Source: Thermoplasmatota archaeon (GTDB lineage: Archaea > Thermoplasmatota > Penumbrarchaeia > Penumbrarchaeales > Penumbrarchaeaceae). Taken from it: a stretch of 44,621 bases of DNA. The stretch lies in NCBI GenBank assembly GCA_029762535.1, contig JARVGK010000025.1, forward strand, positions 1 to 44,621, in the 5' to 3' direction. The position numbers were made by a program, and so were the translations under genes. Shown here in pieces: positions 19,258-29,057 of the stretch. The notes under the pieces are model-generated. The model made no database searches, was not told the origin of the DNA, and was given only the letters and a program-made list of their open reading frames with translations. Within the stretch, counting starts at the first letter, position 1; every line of letters begins with the position of its first letter.

Positions 19258-21249
19258 ATGAGATACTCCCTTTTCGCCCTCGGGATCCTTCTGATGCTTT
19301 TGCCTTCATCGGTTGCGCTAGACCGCGTTCATGAAGAAGTAAACCCCTCGGCCTTCCAACGCAATGAGGTCGAGGAACCCCTCCTTGCTCTCCCTTGGTG
19401 GGAGAGGACCGCGATGGACAAGGACCGTAACGGGATAGCTGACCATATGGAGGACCGACCATCATCCGGGGATCCACTCGACATCATCGTCTCCTTCTCC
19501 AGGAAGGTCACGGATAGGGACATGGACGCTTTGTGGGGGGCCGGTTTCATCGTGGGATCCCGGATCGATCCAATTGACGCCGTCACGCTATTCGATGTCC
19601 CATCGACAAGGCTGGGGAACATACTCGGGATCCCAGGGGTCGTGTTCGTGGAGCCACTCGGAGTTCCCGTTCTATTCTCGGACATAGCCACGCCGACGGT
19701 CAGGGCGAGGGGTTCGAAGATGTATTCTCCTCTGACCGCCTGGGACCTGGGTTATCTCGGGAGGGGCGTCTCGATAGCTATCATAGACACGGGGATCGAC
19801 GACGAGCACCCCTCCCTCAGGGGCAAGTTCCTCGGCGGCGTCGATATGACCAAACCGGACAATCTCCAGCTCATCTACCCCCAGGACGGAACCTACGATC
19901 CCGACGACATACAGGGTCACGGGTCCACCTGTGCGGGTATCGCGACAGGCACCGGGGCTCCGACAGGGGATTATATGGGATCCGCCCCGGAGGCCAGGCT
20001 GGTCGACATAAGGATCGGGACCAAGATCGGATACGCCCCCGGTGAGTTCTGGGTCGGGGCGCAGAACGATCCCCACTTGAAGGACGGTACCCTCCGCGGT
20101 ATCGATTGGGGGATATCAAATATCGACAAGGAATGGTCCGGAGCAGGTTCGGATTACGCGGGCATAGATATCCTCTCCCTTTCCTGGGGGATAGACATCG
20201 GGACGGACTCCGACGGTACCGACGCTTATTCCAGGCTCCTCGACACCGCGGTGGAGAGGGGGGCGATCGTGGTCAATGCCGCAGGTAACGACGGCCCCTC
20301 CAACACGGGTTTCAACGGGCTGTCAGCGTCCTCGAGGGCGATCATCGTAGCCGCGACCCTCGATAACAACACGCTCGAACACGATGACGATACCATAGCG
20401 GTCTATTCTTCAAGGGGGCCCAGGACCGACAATGGCGACGGTGACCCCTACGACGAGCTCAAACCCGACATAGCTGCGCCTGGAACATACATAAACAACC
20501 TGCAGCCGCACACGAACAGGTTCATCGGTGACGCGTCCGGTAACGGATACGGCAACCGCGGCTCTGGAACGTCGTACGCCACCCCGCTCGTTGCAGGTGT
20601 GATCGCCCTGATGCTCGAGGCGAACCCCGCCCTCGAAGGGGAGAACGACCTGGTCAAGGAGATATTGAGGTACACCGCCCACAGGAAGGGGGACCCGACC
20701 TACCCCGAGCTCGACCCGTTCTGGGAGCGGGACCACGGCTGGGGTACCGTCGATGCATATTCAGCGGTCGAGCTGTCCCTTCTGGTCGAGGACCCCTCCA
20801 TCATCGATCCCCGGCTACAATCTCATATTTTAAGCCCGGCGATCACTAACATCACCGATCCGGTGATCGCCTTCAACGCATCGGATAGGATCACCATCGA
20901 AGGCCTGGGATGGTCCAGGGGAGGGGACTTCGAGGGAACGGAGTATCGTATCGACGATGGCGAATGGCGAAGCGTCACATACCAGAACGGATCCACTTTT
21001 CATCCCTTCAGGATAGATCTCCCGAGATCGGAGCCCGGGACCTACAGGATATGGGTCCGCTCTATCGGCGGGGATATGGAGTCGCTGCCGGATTGGATCG
21101 ATATCGAGATATTGGACGATGGTACTGGACCAGAGGGCGAGATCGGCTCCACGATTCTCATCACGCTTTTGTTGGCAGCCATTGCAGCGGTAGGGGCAGG
21201 GGTCTTCGTTATGGGGAAACGCATCATTTCGAAGCGTAGGACCGGTTGA
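19258..21249 (+). CDS. Membrane-anchored subtilisin-like S8 serine peptidase
   Basis: Catalytic motifs IIDTGID, GHGSTCAG, AAGN and SGTSYATP; signal peptide from ATG 19258; C-terminal TM helix. Confidence 0.93.
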   Translation: MRYSLFALGILLMLLPSSVALDRVHEEVNPSAFQRNEVEEPLLALPWWERTAMDKDRNGIADHMEDRPSSGDPLDIIVSFSRKVTDRDMDALWGAGFIVGSRIDPIDAVTLFDVPSTRLGNILGIPGVVFVEPLGVPVLFSDIATPTVRARGSKMYSPLTAWDLGYLGRGVSIAIIDTGIDDEHPSLRGKFLGGVDMTKPDNLQLIYPQDGTYDPDDIQGHGSTCAGIATGTGAPTGDYMGSAPEARLVDIRIGTKIGYAPGEFWVGAQNDPHLKDGTLRGIDWGISNIDKEWSGAGSDYAGIDILSLSWGIDIGTDSDGTDAYSRLLDTAVERGAIVVNAAGNDGPSNTGFNGLSASSRAIIVAATLDNNTLEHDDDTIAVYSSRGPRTDNGDGDPYDELKPDIAAPGTYINNLQPHTNRFIGDASGNGYGNRGSGTSYATPLVAGVIALMLEANPALEGENDLVKEILRYTAHRKGDPTYPELDPFWERDHGWGTVDAYSAVELSLLVEDPSIIDPRLQSHILSPAITNITDPVIAFNASDRITIEGLGWSRGGDFEGTEYRIDDGEWRSVTYQNGSTFHPFRIDLPRSEPGTYRIWVRSIGGDMESLPDWIDIEILDDGTGPEGEIGSTILITLLLAAIAAVGAGVFVMGKRIISKRRTG

Positions 21250-22225
21250 GGGTCATCTTGCCTATGTCCGCCCCGTAAGCCCCGATCCTATCGATAGAAC
21301 TGAGAAGCTGTGTGAGGGTCACGGCCTCGTCGGCCGGGATGTCGAAGAGCTTCCTCTGAAGGGCGTCAGCCTTTTTCCGCTGCTTTTTCGCCCTGTCAAT
21401 GACGGAATCCGCAAGAGAGAGCTCCTCAGTGAAAAGGGCCTTGATCGAGTCGGAATAGATATCCCTGGACTTGATCCCCAAGGCCTGTACCTCCTTTATC
21501 AGAGCCTCGTTGGTCCCGATGTCCCCCTCCTTGATAAGTATGGCCATGGATACCGTGTGGTCCGCGACCCTCTCTATCAACCTCGAGGAAAGGAGGAAGT
21601 TGAGAGCCTGATCGAGAGGCATCTGGTTCTTCTCCATCGAGCGAGGGGATACCAAAAGCATGTTGTATTCCTTGTGTATCAGCCAGGTGATCCTGTCCAC
21701 TTCGAGGTCCCGAAGTATCACATCATCGAGAAGCGATTCCTGGCGGTCGGTCATTATCTTCATTGAGTCCTCGATCATTCTCTCGGTGATGTAGGACATC
21801 CTCTTGAGGCCCGACCTCATCGAGAAATCCGCCGGGTCGATGAGGTCCTGAAGCTCAATGGCATCCCTTCTCTCCTCGACGATCTCCACTCCCATCACGA
21901 GCCTGGTGAACTCCCTGACCGTTCTTACCACATCCACTGGCAGCTGGTCCTTGGACGTCACCGTGATCGAGGTAGTGCCGGAGACGTATGCCCCCACGAG
22001 CCTCCTCATTATGCCTTCCTGGCTCTCCTTGCCCGTGACCTGGATATCAGCCTTCAATGCGACCTTCTGGGTCAAAGGGCGCGGCGATACAACAAGGTTA
22101 CCCGCCCTGTCCTCGAGCAGGTTTATGCTGGTGCCGGATTCGATCCCGTTCTTCTCCGCCCATTTCTTGGGCAGGGACACTATGAAAGTGGATCCCCCTG
22201 ATATCTGTACCCTTCGCGTATCCAT
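21224..22225 (-). CDS. phoU: Archaeal phosphate-uptake regulator PhoU with N-terminal AbrB domain
   Basis: MDTRRVQISGGSTFIVSLPKKWA (AbrB); RDLEVDR, ERVADH and DRIGAY PhoU repeats. Confidence 0.92.
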   Translation of the reverse strand: MDTRRVQISGGSTFIVSLPKKWAEKNGIESGTSINLLEDRAGNLVVSPRPLTQKVALKADIQVTGKESQEGIMRRLVGAYVSGTTSITVTSKDQLPVDVVRTVREFTRLVMGVEIVEERRDAIELQDLIDPADFSMRSGLKRMSYITERMIEDSMKIMTDRQESLLDDVILRDLEVDRITWLIHKEYNMLLVSPRSMEKNQMPLDQALNFLLSSRLIERVADHTVSMAILIKEGDIGTNEALIKEVQALGIKSRDIYSDSIKALFTEELSLADSVIDRAKKQRKKADALQRKLFDIPADEAVTLTQLLSSIDRIGAYGADIGKMTLNRSYASK

Positions 22226-22257
22226 GAGTATCGATATGTCCATGTGAAAAGTGGTAT

Positions 22258-23466
22258 TTAAATATATATATCGACTATATATATAACAGATGAATCCGTA
22301 AATTCCCAACCCAAATCCGGATAGCCATATACATACTGATCCTTGATCGGAGCATCTACCAACCTCACGTTCACCGGGGGCCATCCGAAAACGGGCTCGA
22401 CCTGGGGCTCCACTATGAGCCATTTTCCGAGCTCGTCCTCGTGTACAAGCAGAGGTATCTCGGTATCGAAAGCCTGTACGATCGACCCCAACACAGCATC
22501 GTCCTCGCCTATGTACACGGCGCTTACGGCATGCCTGTCGTTGACCAGCACCCTGGACGATCCACCCATCGCGCCGATAAGGCCGCTGTAGAGGACGGCC
22601 CAATCCTCGCAGTCCCCTCCGGACCTATCCAGAGTGGTCAAGGGGCTGCACCATTCGTCCTCGGGACGTATGTCCTGGATGTATTCCAGGTTCTCCTCGA
22701 GGTACAACGCCGTATCGACCAGGTCCATTATGGTGAAGGATCCGGCACCGGTCAAGTTGACCGCGATCGACCTCAATCGATCCATCTCATCCGATACGGC
22801 GGGGACCACCTTGTCGTATATGCCCGGTACGTTCTTCCGGACCTCGGGAAGGTCCTTGGCGCGCCCCAGAGGGACCAAGTCAAGGGCGTTGGTCCCGAAC
22901 TCGACCTGGGTCCTCCTGGTCCATACGGTATCACCGATGAGGGGACCGACCAGAACGTCCAATGATATCGAGAACTCCAGCCCTGAGGTCCTGTCGTCAG
23001 GGATCGGTATCATTAGATGCCGAAGGTACCTCGCACTTCCGGATGATACGTACCTACCGACATCGGCCTTCACATCGTATCCGTAATTCGTGTCTATCAC
23101 CAGATACTCGACGTAGAGGTCGGTCTCGCCTGTGTTGGCTATAGAGAGGTTCAGGACCGCTCCGACCCCCGATAGCGCCGTTAGCCTCTTCGTCGTGGCG
23201 TTGACGGGAAAGGAGATGGTATACGAACTTGGAGGGGGTACGCCTCCCCTGATGAACCTGGGAGGGGTATCTATGACATATGGCTTGTTCTCGCTCATCG
23301 GAGGATCGAGGTCCTCCTCGGAGAACCCTGGCCTGGACCTCTCCAGGTCCAGGAACCTGCCGATGAGCAGATAGGTCGCCGCCCCCGCCATGGCGATGGA
23401 GATGACGACCAGTATTATGAGAACGATCGATAAAAGCCTGCCCTTGTCCTTCTTCCTTGCTGCCAC
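22258..23466 (-). CDS. Membrane-anchored transglutaminase-like protein
   Basis: N-terminal TM; YIQD...W.SP..TL..GGDCEDWA, with downstream HA and EP motifs; GTG start inferred. Confidence 0.85.
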   Translation of the reverse strand: MAARKKDKGRLLSIVLIILVVISIAMAGAATYLLIGRFLDLERSRPGFSEEDLDPPMSENKPYVIDTPPRFIRGGVPPPSSYTISFPVNATTKRLTALSGVGAVLNLSIANTGETDLYVEYLVIDTNYGYDVKADVGRYVSSGSARYLRHLMIPIPDDRTSGLEFSISLDVLVGPLIGDTVWTRRTQVEFGTNALDLVPLGRAKDLPEVRKNVPGIYDKVVPAVSDEMDRLRSIAVNLTGAGSFTIMDLVDTALYLEENLEYIQDIRPEDEWCSPLTTLDRSGGDCEDWAVLYSGLIGAMGGSSRVLVNDRHAVSAVYIGEDDAVLGSIVQAFDTEIPLLVHEDELGKWLIVEPQVEPVFGWPPVNVRLVDAPIKDQYVYGYPDLGWEFTDSSVIYIVDIYI

Positions 23467-23542
23467 GCCACAAGAGCGTCGATATTCGTAAAATAACTTG
23501 CGATGTGACGAATATAATATGATATGATGCGCATACGCTGGC

Positions 23543-24028
23543 ATGGACCGTGATATGAAGCTCCATTCCAGGCAGGATAGCACGTCGATAATAGAAAGGG
23601 AATGGGCACCTTTGAAGGAAGGGGCCAGATGGAGCTGCATAAGGTGCGGATGGTGCTGCAGGCAGCCCTGGGCAGTTAACATGACCTGGGCCGAGTTCGA
23701 GAGGACCAGGGACGATCCCAGGTTCAGCAAATTGATTGTGGACAGGATCGAAGTGGACCAACGGACGGGCGCGACCCATCCCTATTTCGTCATATCCGGG
23801 GCATGCCCTCTCTTCGAAGCCGGGGAAGGGCTCTGCAGCGTTCATCCGGACTGGTTCTACACATGCGCCACATGGCCATTCCTTCTTATGCCCGATGGCA
23901 CATTGATGATCAACGTCAGATGCAAGGGGATCGGTACCGGTGAAGTGATAAGGGCCGATGCGATGAGGAAGAGGATACTCCGCGAGAGGGAAAGGGCGGG
24001 CATGGTCGGATCACAATGCGATCCTTAG
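23543..24028 (+). CDS. YkgJ-family cysteine-cluster (CxxCxxCC) protein
   Basis: CIRCGWCC, ACPLF, LCSVH, CATWPF, CKGIG. Confidence 0.88.
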   Translation: MDRDMKLHSRQDSTSIIEREWAPLKEGARWSCIRCGWCCRQPWAVNMTWAEFERTRDDPRFSKLIVDRIEVDQRTGATHPYFVISGACPLFEAGEGLCSVHPDWFYTCATWPFLLMPDGTLMINVRCKGIGTGEVIRADAMRKRILRERERAGMVGSQCDP

Positions 24029-26046
24029 GGGCCGCCCTTCTCTACCAGTTCGTCCAGCGATGACAGCGAGGTGAAATCCTCATTACCTTCGGCGGGAGGG
24101 GCATTGTCCTTCCTGCTCCTGGCGCTGTGAACGATCTCGCGGTATCTGTCCTCGTCGCTCGCGCGAAAGGGTATGACCATGCTAGGAACGTTGAGATGCG
24201 ATAGGAGCTCCTGGCTGACGCTCTTTCTTGTGATCGATCCGATCATGGATTCCTCAGTGGCGCCGATCATTACCAACGTCGCCCCCTCCTCCTCGACGGT
24301 CTCCATGATCTTCTCGAGAACGTCCCCCTCCTTGAATATCATCTTGATATCTACACCGTAATGTTTTGCCACCTCGTTGTATATCCTCAACGCTCTCTGT
24401 CCGTCGTGCTCGTTGCCCCCATGGGACCGAACGAAAAGAGCCGCGACGGATGCGTTCATCCTGCTCGCCGTGTCCATGACGACCGGAGCGGTCAGCTTCG
24501 CCGCATATGATGCGGATGTCGGGGCCAGTATCACCTTCTCCTCGTGGATACGATCATCGTCCAGATCGGCCTGCAATTTGTATCTTCTGAACCCCGTCGA
24601 CGGGAGATAGAGCGGGCTGACGTAGGGTTTGGTCATCTTTGCTGGAGGGGTCATATCCTTGTGATAGACCACTGTCCTGTGCGGGAAGGGTATGGAGACG
24701 CCGTTCCGGTCGAAGGCGTCCTTTATCCTTTTCAGGACATCCGACTGTATGTTGAGCTTGTCCCTCGCCTCGGGGACCCAGAACCATGGCTTGAGGATTA
24801 TCGCCGAGTTGCCGAACTCCTTCATTATGACGTAGGGTTTCGGCTTGTTCATGACCAGTGGATGGGACCGTAGAATATCCAGGATCAACGTCTCGGCCAG
24901 CTTCCAATCGGAATCGTACGATATCCCCACGTCGAACTGTATGACGACCTTTGGGGATTCCCTCGTATAGTTCCACACCTGAGAGGAGGCTATGACGTTG
25001 TTGGGTATCACTATCATCTCCTCCTCCGGGGTCTTGATCCATGTGGACCTAAGGGAAATATCCTTGACATCCCCCCATGTGTCCTGACCCCCCCACAGGA
25101 TCCTTATCCTGTCCCCTATGACGAAGGGGCGGTCTATCGCGATCATGATCCCGGCCGCGAAGTTGGCCACCGTGTCCTGCAATCCGAAGGCGAGGGCGAA
25201 GCCGATCAATCCCAGGGATGTCGCCATGGTCAATGGGTCAAGGCCAAGCACCAGCATCGCGATGAGCGCCGCAAGAAGGTATATCCCGGCCTTGACGAGC
25301 CTTCCGATGGCCTTTCCGGTATCCTTACCGCTCCTCTTGTTTATCTTGAAGCTGGGTTCCATGAGAGATACCGCGATGTTCGCGACGATATGGGCTCCGA
25401 ACAATATCAGAAGGAATCGATGGATGTCGATTATGATATCGAGGACGGAGATCTGCCTGTGGGTGAATGATATCATTATGGCCGCATAGGAACCGAGGAC
25501 GATGACGGCCGCCTTCGAGGAGAACCTCAGGGACTTGAAGAGCCTGTACTTGACCACCTTGGACATGCTCGAACCGGTAACGAAATACACGATGGCCCTA
25601 AGAATGGGGTCAATGCCCATCAGGGAGAACACTATGACGATGATGTTCACGAGCATCCACTGCATCAACCGCCAGACCTCGAAAGTCCTGCTGTCTATTC
25701 GCAGGGTCGTGTCCATCTTGATGCCCATCGAATAGTACGCAAGTCCTGCGAACAGTATCAGGTACATCCAGAAGAGGGTCCTCTGAAGCGGGACCTCCAC
25801 CTTCTTTTTGTATTTGGCCTTCTCCACAGAGAGCCTGCGCTCGATCTCGCCTGTATCCTTGCCCTCCCTCTTCATGGACCTGCGATCGAGGGCCAGGAAC
25901 ATCGACGTAAGATGCCTGGCTATCCTCGTAGGAAAGGTGAGGGCCATTATCAGTCCAAAGAGGATTATGATCGCCGCCAGGATGACATCCTTCATGACGA
26001 GCGTTGACCCCAGAACGGGATCCTCAAGGAAACCCCAATCGACCAC
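24025..26046 (-). CDS. MscS mechanosensitive channel fused to a C-terminal USP domain
   Basis: GFALAFGLQDTVANFAAG, PFVIGDRI, ISLRST, IPNN, VSIPFPHR; then ILAPTS...EGDV...LVMIG...SVSQELL USP fold. Confidence 0.9.
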   Translation of the reverse strand: MVDWGFLEDPVLGSTLVMKDVILAAIIILFGLIMALTFPTRIARHLTSMFLALDRRSMKREGKDTGEIERRLSVEKAKYKKKVEVPLQRTLFWMYLILFAGLAYYSMGIKMDTTLRIDSRTFEVWRLMQWMLVNIIVIVFSLMGIDPILRAIVYFVTGSSMSKVVKYRLFKSLRFSSKAAVIVLGSYAAIMISFTHRQISVLDIIIDIHRFLLILFGAHIVANIAVSLMEPSFKINKRSGKDTGKAIGRLVKAGIYLLAALIAMLVLGLDPLTMATSLGLIGFALAFGLQDTVANFAAGIMIAIDRPFVIGDRIRILWGGQDTWGDVKDISLRSTWIKTPEEEMIVIPNNVIASSQVWNYTRESPKVVIQFDVGISYDSDWKLAETLILDILRSHPLVMNKPKPYVIMKEFGNSAIILKPWFWVPEARDKLNIQSDVLKRIKDAFDRNGVSIPFPHRTVVYHKDMTPPAKMTKPYVSPLYLPSTGFRRYKLQADLDDDRIHEEKVILAPTSASYAAKLTAPVVMDTASRMNASVAALFVRSHGGNEHDGQRALRIYNEVAKHYGVDIKMIFKEGDVLEKIMETVEEEGATLVMIGATEESMIGSITRKSVSQELLSHLNVPSMVIPFRASDEDRYREIVHSARSRKDNAPPAEGNEDFTSLSSLDELVEKGGP

Positions 26047-26144
26047 GCTACCATATCGTCCTGAACGTATTTAAGAATTAGAGCGTGGGGAGGTCTATGA
26101 CCGAAAGGTAAAAACACATTACGGGGATATTACCCTCGATCCCT

Positions 26145-27596
26145 ATGAAGGTCAACAAACGCCTCTTCGCCATCGCCCTGGTAGCCGTAATGGTGGTCGG
26201 GGGGCTGACGGCTCTTCTTCTGTCCTCATGGGGCGGATTCGGCCCTCCGGAAGATGAGGGGGAAGAGGAGCCTGAAGGTTTCACCCCATATGCGGTGTGG
26301 CCGAACACCCATGTGACGAACACTCCTGAGGCGAACAACGAGCCGACGATCGTGGTCAATCCCACTGACCCGCTGAACATCGTGGCGGGATCGAACGATT
26401 ACGGCACCCCCTCCGGGGATGCCTGGGTCGGTTTCTACGCGTCATTCGATGGGGGGCAGACCTGGGAGAGAGGCCTGATCCCCGGCTACAACGGGGATCG
26501 CTCCAGCCCCCTCTGGCTTTTCCAGGGAACGGGGGATCCCGTGCTTGCATTCGCCTCCAACGGCGACGTGTACATGGCAGGGATCGCCTTCCAGAGACGG
26601 CCGGGCCCCGGGATGATCCTGAAACCCGGGACAGGCATATTCGTGGCGAGGTCCACGGACGGGGGCAGGTCCTTCCCGCAGGTGGTCATGGTCATACAAT
26701 CCGTATCTCTTCTAACAACTTTCCATGACAAGGAATGGATAGCGGTGGATCCCACTAACGGGGACGTCCATGTGACATGGACCGCTTTCAACCTATACGG
26801 GGTGGCCGCCTCCATCGTGCATTCGAAGTCAACCGACGGGGGACAGACCTGGACCCGGCCCAAGATCATCTCGGAGATCGGGCAGCGCGAGCTGCAGGTG
26901 CAGGGATCCCAGATCGAGGTGGACGAGGGAGGCATCCTCCACGTGTCCTGGATAGATTTCAACGCCGGTTCCATGCGCTACACCAGGTCGAGGGACAAGG
27001 GTAGCAGCTTCGAATCCGTAAAGAGCATCGCTCCCGTGGTGCCGCTTCCCTATACTCCCCCCAACGGCAATTACAGGACGCCGACCATGGGGGATATGGA
27101 CGTGGACAGGACGGACGGGAACAGATCGGGATCGGTGTATATCGCCTGGCCGGACCATGCCACGGGCGAGGCGGACATACTCTTCATCGCCTCCTACGAC
27201 GGCGGGGACACTTGGACGACGCCTGCCAGGGTGAACCAGGACCCGGTAGGGAACGGCTGCGACCAATGGTTCCCGGCCGTCTGCGTAGCGGGGGACGGGT
27301 CTTTTCAGGTGTTCTACTACGATAGGCGCGACTCCAACAACACTCTGCTCACGACATATGTCTCCGTCTCGTACGATGGCGGGGCCACGTTCACCGATGT
27401 GAGGATCGGCGAGGAACTGTTCGACGGGGACAATACCCGAGGGCCCTTCATCGGGGACTATCTCTCCATCGACGACGGCCCCGGCTGGTCCGTTGTGGTC
27501 TGGTGCGATGCGAGGGAGGGATCCCCCGAGAACCCGCGCTCAGACATCTGGATCGAGACACTCATATGGGCCCCGGTGGAGGAATTACCTGTTTAG
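26145..27596 (+). CDS. Membrane-anchored BNR/Asp-box (sialidase-fold) protein
   Basis: Repeated SxDGGxTW/F boxes (SFDGGQTW, STDGGRSF, STDGGQTW, SYDGGDTW, SYDGGATF); FIGDY; N-terminal TM. Confidence 0.9.
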   Translation: MKVNKRLFAIALVAVMVVGGLTALLLSSWGGFGPPEDEGEEEPEGFTPYAVWPNTHVTNTPEANNEPTIVVNPTDPLNIVAGSNDYGTPSGDAWVGFYASFDGGQTWERGLIPGYNGDRSSPLWLFQGTGDPVLAFASNGDVYMAGIAFQRRPGPGMILKPGTGIFVARSTDGGRSFPQVVMVIQSVSLLTTFHDKEWIAVDPTNGDVHVTWTAFNLYGVAASIVHSKSTDGGQTWTRPKIISEIGQRELQVQGSQIEVDEGGILHVSWIDFNAGSMRYTRSRDKGSSFESVKSIAPVVPLPYTPPNGNYRTPTMGDMDVDRTDGNRSGSVYIAWPDHATGEADILFIASYDGGDTWTTPARVNQDPVGNGCDQWFPAVCVAGDGSFQVFYYDRRDSNNTLLTTYVSVSYDGGATFTDVRIGEELFDGDNTRGPFIGDYLSIDDGPGWSVVVWCDAREGSPENPRSDIWIETLIWAPVEELPV

Positions 27597-27617
27597 GGGG
27601 GTCCAGGAGGGGGATAG

Positions 27618-27788
27618 ATGGAAAAAGGTTTCTACCACACCCTCGAGGACGATAAGATCCGCGAATACATGAAGCTCTCCACCAAGGAGAAGCTGATGTG
27701 GCTCGAGGAGATGCACGAGCTCACCAGGAAGGTCCTGACCGAGAAAGAATGGGAGTTCCGGAGAAAGCTCCTCGAAGGCGAGATCTGA
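27618..27788 (+). CDS. 56-aa small helical protein, possible antitoxin-like
   Basis: Manual translation MEKGFYHTLEDDKIREYMKLSTKEKLMWLEEMHELTRKVLTEKEWEFRRKLLEGEI*; AGGAGG RBS; coding-like codon usage. Confidence 0.8.
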   Translation: MEKGFYHTLEDDKIREYMKLSTKEKLMWLEEMHELTRKVLTEKEWEFRRKLLEGEI

Positions 27789-27862
27789 TCGTCCTTCATA
27801 CCCCTCAGGTATGATTCCTGCCAGGTATGGTTCGTACGCTCACAATTGATGATCGATGTCGT

Positions 27863-29002
27863 TCAATACCGAAGGATCGCCCCGATGCCCCCTATGGATT
27901 CCATGAATGGGGAGGAATCTATGAAGTCGATATGAGCGCCCGTCCTTTGGGCCAGCTCGTAGAGCTCCTCGATGAAGTCCACCTGGGTGAGGGGGGACCC
28001 GCATCGGGGGCATTTCGACGGAGGGCTCTTCCCCTTCTTCAGGTTCTGGCATGATTCGCACAACCACCCGGGAACCTTCGTACCCTTCAATATCAAAAGG
28101 TCGCGTACCTTTCCCTTCTCGAGGGCCTTTCTCACATCCGCCGGGCCGAAGGCCGCGCTCTCCCCTCTTAGGATGTCGGAGCGGAGCTCATCGACCAATT
28201 CCTTGCCCCATTCCATCTCATGGGCCTTGGATATCTCCTCACCGCTCTCGATGATCTCGCCGCAGGGCATGTCCATATCCCAGTCCATTACCGATATCAC
28301 CATGTCCTTGAGATGCGGCGGGAGCATGTCGAAGAGCTGTTTCTTGGCCTCTCCCGGCCCCGCGATGATGATCCCCCGCAATCTGTCTTGCGAGGTGAAG
28401 GACTCCATGTCGTCGGTGACCCCCTTGAGGAAATTGCCTATGGCCCCCTCCCTCAGCCGTTGGAAGCGCCTCTGGCTCATACCCCCCATCTTGTGCTTGT
28501 TCATCAGATCGATGGAGGAGGAGTCGATGGATTCGCATGTCCCGGATCGGACCAGGACCAGCTTGGAGCTTCTCGAATCCACCATGACCACACCGTAGGG
28601 GAGTATGTCGTCCCGGAGGATCGCGAGTGGAAGGAGATATGGGGATGTGTCGAGGACTAGCTTCCTGTCTATAGATACGGGGACCCGATATCGCTCCAGG
28701 AGGTCCATGGAGAGCGAGGAGAATATTATCCTCCCCTTCTCTCCCTCGATCGGATCGGGACCTATGAGGTCCCGGACCCTCTCGATGTTGGACCGCACCT
28801 CCTCGTACATCTCCTTGCCGAGAACCTTCCTCATCGTCCTGAGGCGCTTTTCGATGAAGGTATCGTTCCTCCTCGCGTCGGAGGAGGATCCCACGGGTAG
28901 ATAGAGCGTAAGGAAAGTGTCCCTGGTGTCGTAGATATCGGAGAGGCGCCTCACATCGATGTCCCAAAGGAGCGTCAGGGACCCGTCGTCGATCATTGCC
29001 AT
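27863..29002 (-). CDS. aRF1/eRF1-superfamily paralog (baeRF10/Vms1-like) with Zn-ribbon insert
   Basis: TLYLP; NKHKMGGMSQRRFQR loop; IIIAGPGEAK; CESC...CPRC; C-terminal GGIGAILRY. Confidence 0.88.
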   Translation of the reverse strand: MAMIDDGSLTLLWDIDVRRLSDIYDTRDTFLTLYLPVGSSSDARRNDTFIEKRLRTMRKVLGKEMYEEVRSNIERVRDLIGPDPIEGEKGRIIFSSLSMDLLERYRVPVSIDRKLVLDTSPYLLPLAILRDDILPYGVVMVDSRSSKLVLVRSGTCESIDSSSIDLMNKHKMGGMSQRRFQRLREGAIGNFLKGVTDDMESFTSQDRLRGIIIAGPGEAKKQLFDMLPPHLKDMVISVMDWDMDMPCGEIIESGEEISKAHEMEWGKELVDELRSDILRGESAAFGPADVRKALEKGKVRDLLILKGTKVPGWLCESCQNLKKGKSPPSKCPRCGSPLTQVDFIEELYELAQRTGAHIDFIDSSPFMESIGGIGAILRY

Positions 29003-29057
29003 GCTTCTCCATCGTTATCGTGGCTATTATCCTTTTCCTCAGAGGGGGAGGATCCAC

